DNA of 63,847 nt, counting the filler, from Globobulimina sp. (Eukaryota): assembly GCA_003354225.1 (NCBI GenBank). It is 57 parts of 57 records of this genome, joined end to end, with 100 filler letters (N's around TTAATTAATTAA, not from the genome) between each part and the next. Parts side by side here need not be neighbours in the genome. Positions count along the whole stretch, not along the records: positions 60,585 to 61,605 come from PIVH01025599.1; positions 61,706 to 62,726 come from PIVH01025600.1; positions 62,827 to 63,847 come from PIVH01025601.1; 54 more parts are not named here. One strand, given 5' to 3'. Below the pieces are notes generated by a model. It saw only the letters and a program-made list of their open reading frames with translations. It was not told where the DNA came from and did not search any database. Positions 60,835 through 63,847 of this stretch are shown here, one piece after another. How positions within the stretch are numbered: the first letter of the stretch is position 1; each line of letters opens with the position of its first letter. The translations under genes were made by a program, and so were the position numbers.

Positions 60835-61068
60835 TCAGTACTTATCGGAAAGCCCTATTGATCGTGGTTTCGGTGTATGTTCTTCTGAGTGTTCTTCAGT
60901 GTGTTTATTATTATTTTTTGACAGTAAATCACTTACTCTTTTTCGGATTGCACTTTCTGTTCTTTCTAATTGTTTTGCAATTGTATGGATCGGTGTATGT
61001 GGATCATCGTATAATTGTAATAATTGGGTCTCTTCATCTGCTGTCCATCGACATCTACGTCTAGTCAT
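60835..61068 (-). CDS. Small Myb/SANT-like HTH protein
   Basis: RWTADEETQLLQLY..IAKQLERTESAIRKR. Confidence 0.7.
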   Translation of the reverse strand: MTRRRCRWTADEETQLLQLYDDPHTPIHTIAKQLERTESAIRKRVSDLLSKNNNKHTEEHSEEHTPKPRSIGLSDKY

Positions 61069-61180
61069 TAGACGATGCTGTTAACTAAAACAAAAAACTT
61101 TGCTTTGCTGAAACTGAAAGGTTTTCTCAGATCGTATTGAATTGATTTAACACTATATTTAACAAAATAATGACACGCTT

Positions 61181-61605
61181 TTAGACTTTAAATATTTTAA
61201 TCCTATGATCAAGGAAATGTATTCCAGAATGTTTACAAATTAATCTCCAAATAAAAGGTAAAAAAAATTCAATGGAAGCTTCATTTTCTGCATATTCAAA
61301 TTTATTATTTCTTATTGCTGTATCGTTGATTATTTTTCTTTCAGTATTTAAATTCCATAAATATGCATATTTATTAATTATATTTAAAACAACTTTAATA
61401 TCCAATGCTGTTCCATGTGTATTGGCTTCATCCCTTACTTTATCATGAAAATAATTAACAGTGTCAAAAACCACTGATAACTCATTCTTCAGATTGGATA
61501 TCAATGATACAAACTTTGTATTTTTACCACAGCCAATATCCATAATACATTGGGAATGAACCAATTTCAAACATGTATTCAGGTCTTTTTCTATGTTCAT
61601 TTAAT
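61181..61605 (-). CDS. Hypothetical protein C-terminus
   Basis: 139-aa open frame; no motif recognised. Confidence 0.35.
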
Positions 61606-61733
61606 NNNNNNNNNNNNNNNNNNNNNNNNNNNNNNNNNNNNNNNNNNNNTTAATTAATTAANNNNNNNNNNNNNNNNNNNNNNNNNNNNNNNNNNNNNNN
61701 NNNNNTTACAACAATATCAATAATGTCAGCTTA

Positions 61734-62651
61734 TTATGCTTTTGTAGTATCTTCCACAATTCCTTCGCCTTTAACTATTCTTAATTTCATAGTATTATGG
61801 TTTGTATATATACACATATCGCCAGCAATTTGCATCGCTTTGGCAGCTACGTCATCAGCGGTTAAATCCGATCTATCCATCAAAGCACGCGCTGCCGCTT
61901 CGGCAAAATTGCCCCCACTTCCAATTGCCATTATACCTGTATCAGATTCTATTAATTCCCCACTTCCGGTCAATTGATACGTTGCCTTCTCATCGGCAAC
62001 AATTAAAATTGCGTTCAAATGTCTCAATATTTTATCCGTTCGCCACATACGTGAGGTCTCTACACACGCTCTGCGTAACTCATCTCTTTCCGATAACTTC
62101 TTCTCCAATAAATCCACCAACGCTATGCCGTCCGCTGCCGCACCTATTCAGAGTGGAATGTTTTCGCTTTGCAATTTGATACAGGAATTTATAAGAAATT
62201 TCTATGCAAGAAACAAACCGGCAAAGCCACACACTGCTTTCTCATTATTTAATTTCCTCAATTTCCGACCATTTGGCTTGGCAACAACCGTTCCTATGGT
62301 CATTTGCCCATCGCCAACCATTACAACTTCGTCGTCTTTACGTACACAAATTATTGTGGTGGAATGTATTTCAATGGGATTGTTTGTTTGTGCTGTTAGA
62401 GGGTGATAGAACTGATACGGTGACACGAATTGTTGATTATAAAATCTTTTGTTGGTTGTAGTTGTAAGTGCGTTGTATGGTGATAGAGGTTTGGATGTTG
62501 AGTTTGTGGTTTTGTTGCTTTGATGTATCAATGGTGAACAAGTGTTATTGTAGGAACGGATGCATTGGGATTGTTTGCGTAATGCGTGGATATTTGTACG
62601 AGATACTTTTGAGTTAGTAATTGAGGCTCTCATGGAGCGTAACAGTGCCAT
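61734..62651 (-). CDS. hslV: Mitochondrial HslV (ClpQ) protease, complete; intron 62144-62218
   Basis: Basic presequence, mature HS/TTIICVRK..GDGQ, GFA/GAAADG, WRTDKILRHL, AIGSGG.FA, A.D.CIYTN. Confidence 0.95.
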
Positions 62652-63847
62652 TGGATGATGTATTTAAATGTTTTTACCTAAACAGTTTTTATTAGTGTAT
62701 GAATAATGAACAACAACACATTTGCANNNNNNNNNNNNNNNNNNNNNNNNNNNNNNNNNNNNNNNNNNNNTTAATTAATTAANNNNNNNNNNNNNNNNNN
62801 NNNNNNNNNNNNNNNNNNNNNNNNNNTTGCATTTTTTTTTTGTATTTTGTGATTTTTTTGCGGTGTTTTTACCTTTATTATTTTATTTAAACATATGCTA
62901 AATATTGTGCCCACTAATTTAATTTTTATATTGCTAATAGCATGGGCTGAATTCCTCGAACTCGCTCTAGTTAGTCTCTACTCGCTATAACTCAGACTAG
63001 TCCTTAACTTATCTCAAAAACGTATATACAAACTTATGTACGTGTACCTCACTTTAACTTTCTTATATTATGCATATATAACCAACATATATTTACCAAC
63101 ATATATTTACCTTCTTCTTCTTTTCTTTTTACGGGTACAGCTCTATATCGTGAATAGGTTGAACACTTGACCCCCCAAATGTAGAGACTTGCTAGTTTGA
63201 TATAGGTTTGCGAGGAATAGGAAAGAGTAATTTCAAGATGCGTAGATAGATAAACTAAGAAAAACTTTAAGTTAGAAACATTCTTAGTCACATATATAGA
63301 AAGTAGTCAACAAAGGTGTAGAAATCCACATCACCCTTTTCTCAAAAGAAAGGAAAGTAATAGTCAGTTTTGTAAGTTACCAACATTTTAAGCTTCCAAA
63401 ATTTAAACTTCTTTCATTTTTCTAAACCATTCTTTCGTCACAGTCAAATAGCATTTTTCCACACCCATGAGGTGTAAGTCGTCTTTAAAGTCAAGATCAA
63501 TATTACGGTCGATATATTGGGCATTATTAATGGTTATATTGCAATGGGTAATTAATGTGATATATACAGCAGCTCCTGAATCAATGTCATGCTTCATTTT
63601 AGAATTAAATAAATTTGATAATTGTGCTAAATATGTACATAATAATTGTGTTAAAAATGTGTTCAGACACAACTCAATCCATCGCAACATATTACCATCA
63701 CCACCACCAACAACAACTACGTTTATACCACCATCAAAATACAGTTCAAAGCACTCAAATTCATCACCAATAATACCAACAATATCACAATACATTGAAT
63801 CAAATGAATCATTGATATTATGTTTTAAAAATAAAGTATTATTTAGA

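Noticed and set aside
1024-62826. Regularly spaced TTAATTAATTAA repeats resembling an array
   Set aside because: Artificial six-frame-stop linker embedded in N runs. ORF-track tails ending XXX..LIN are artefacts of it.
1-63847. Operon or multi-gene system inferred from gene neighbourhood
   Set aside because: Contigs are ordered by length and several are internally chimeric, so adjacency carries no biological information.

Overview
This window is not contiguous DNA. It is a pseudo-scaffold of 57 unrelated contigs of 1021-1023 bp, sorted by decreasing length and joined by 56 artificial 100-nt linkers (44 N + TTAATTAATTAA + 44 N), so adjacency across linkers means nothing. Most contigs come from an AT-rich, intron-containing protist. 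The gene families (kelch and SPRY proteins, divergent actin, Cys-rich and PTxxPT surface proteins, short introns) suggest a foraminiferan-like rhizarian; that assignment is inference. Mixed in are bacterial fragments (an integron with its first cassette, mnmC, cat, a HAMP domain), virus-like genes (Polinton-type PolB, ATP-dependent ligase) and many transposon pieces (LINE ORF1 and endonuclease, LTR gag with PBS, MULE, DIRS-like gag). Several contigs are internally chimeric, as expected from whole-genome amplification. The most interesting signals are: (1) 8 of 17 hand-reconstructed introns have +1-shifted donors (GTT-NN-GT, five exactly GTTAAGT); (2) an integron with a Lit/U49-like first cassette and three palindromic sites next to attI; (3) an unrecognised protein domain seen in two independent contigs; (4) a tRNA-like element with a 4-nt anticodon loop; (5) a Y-shaped hairpin with two GNA triloops. 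All homology calls are motif recognition by eye; no searches were run.
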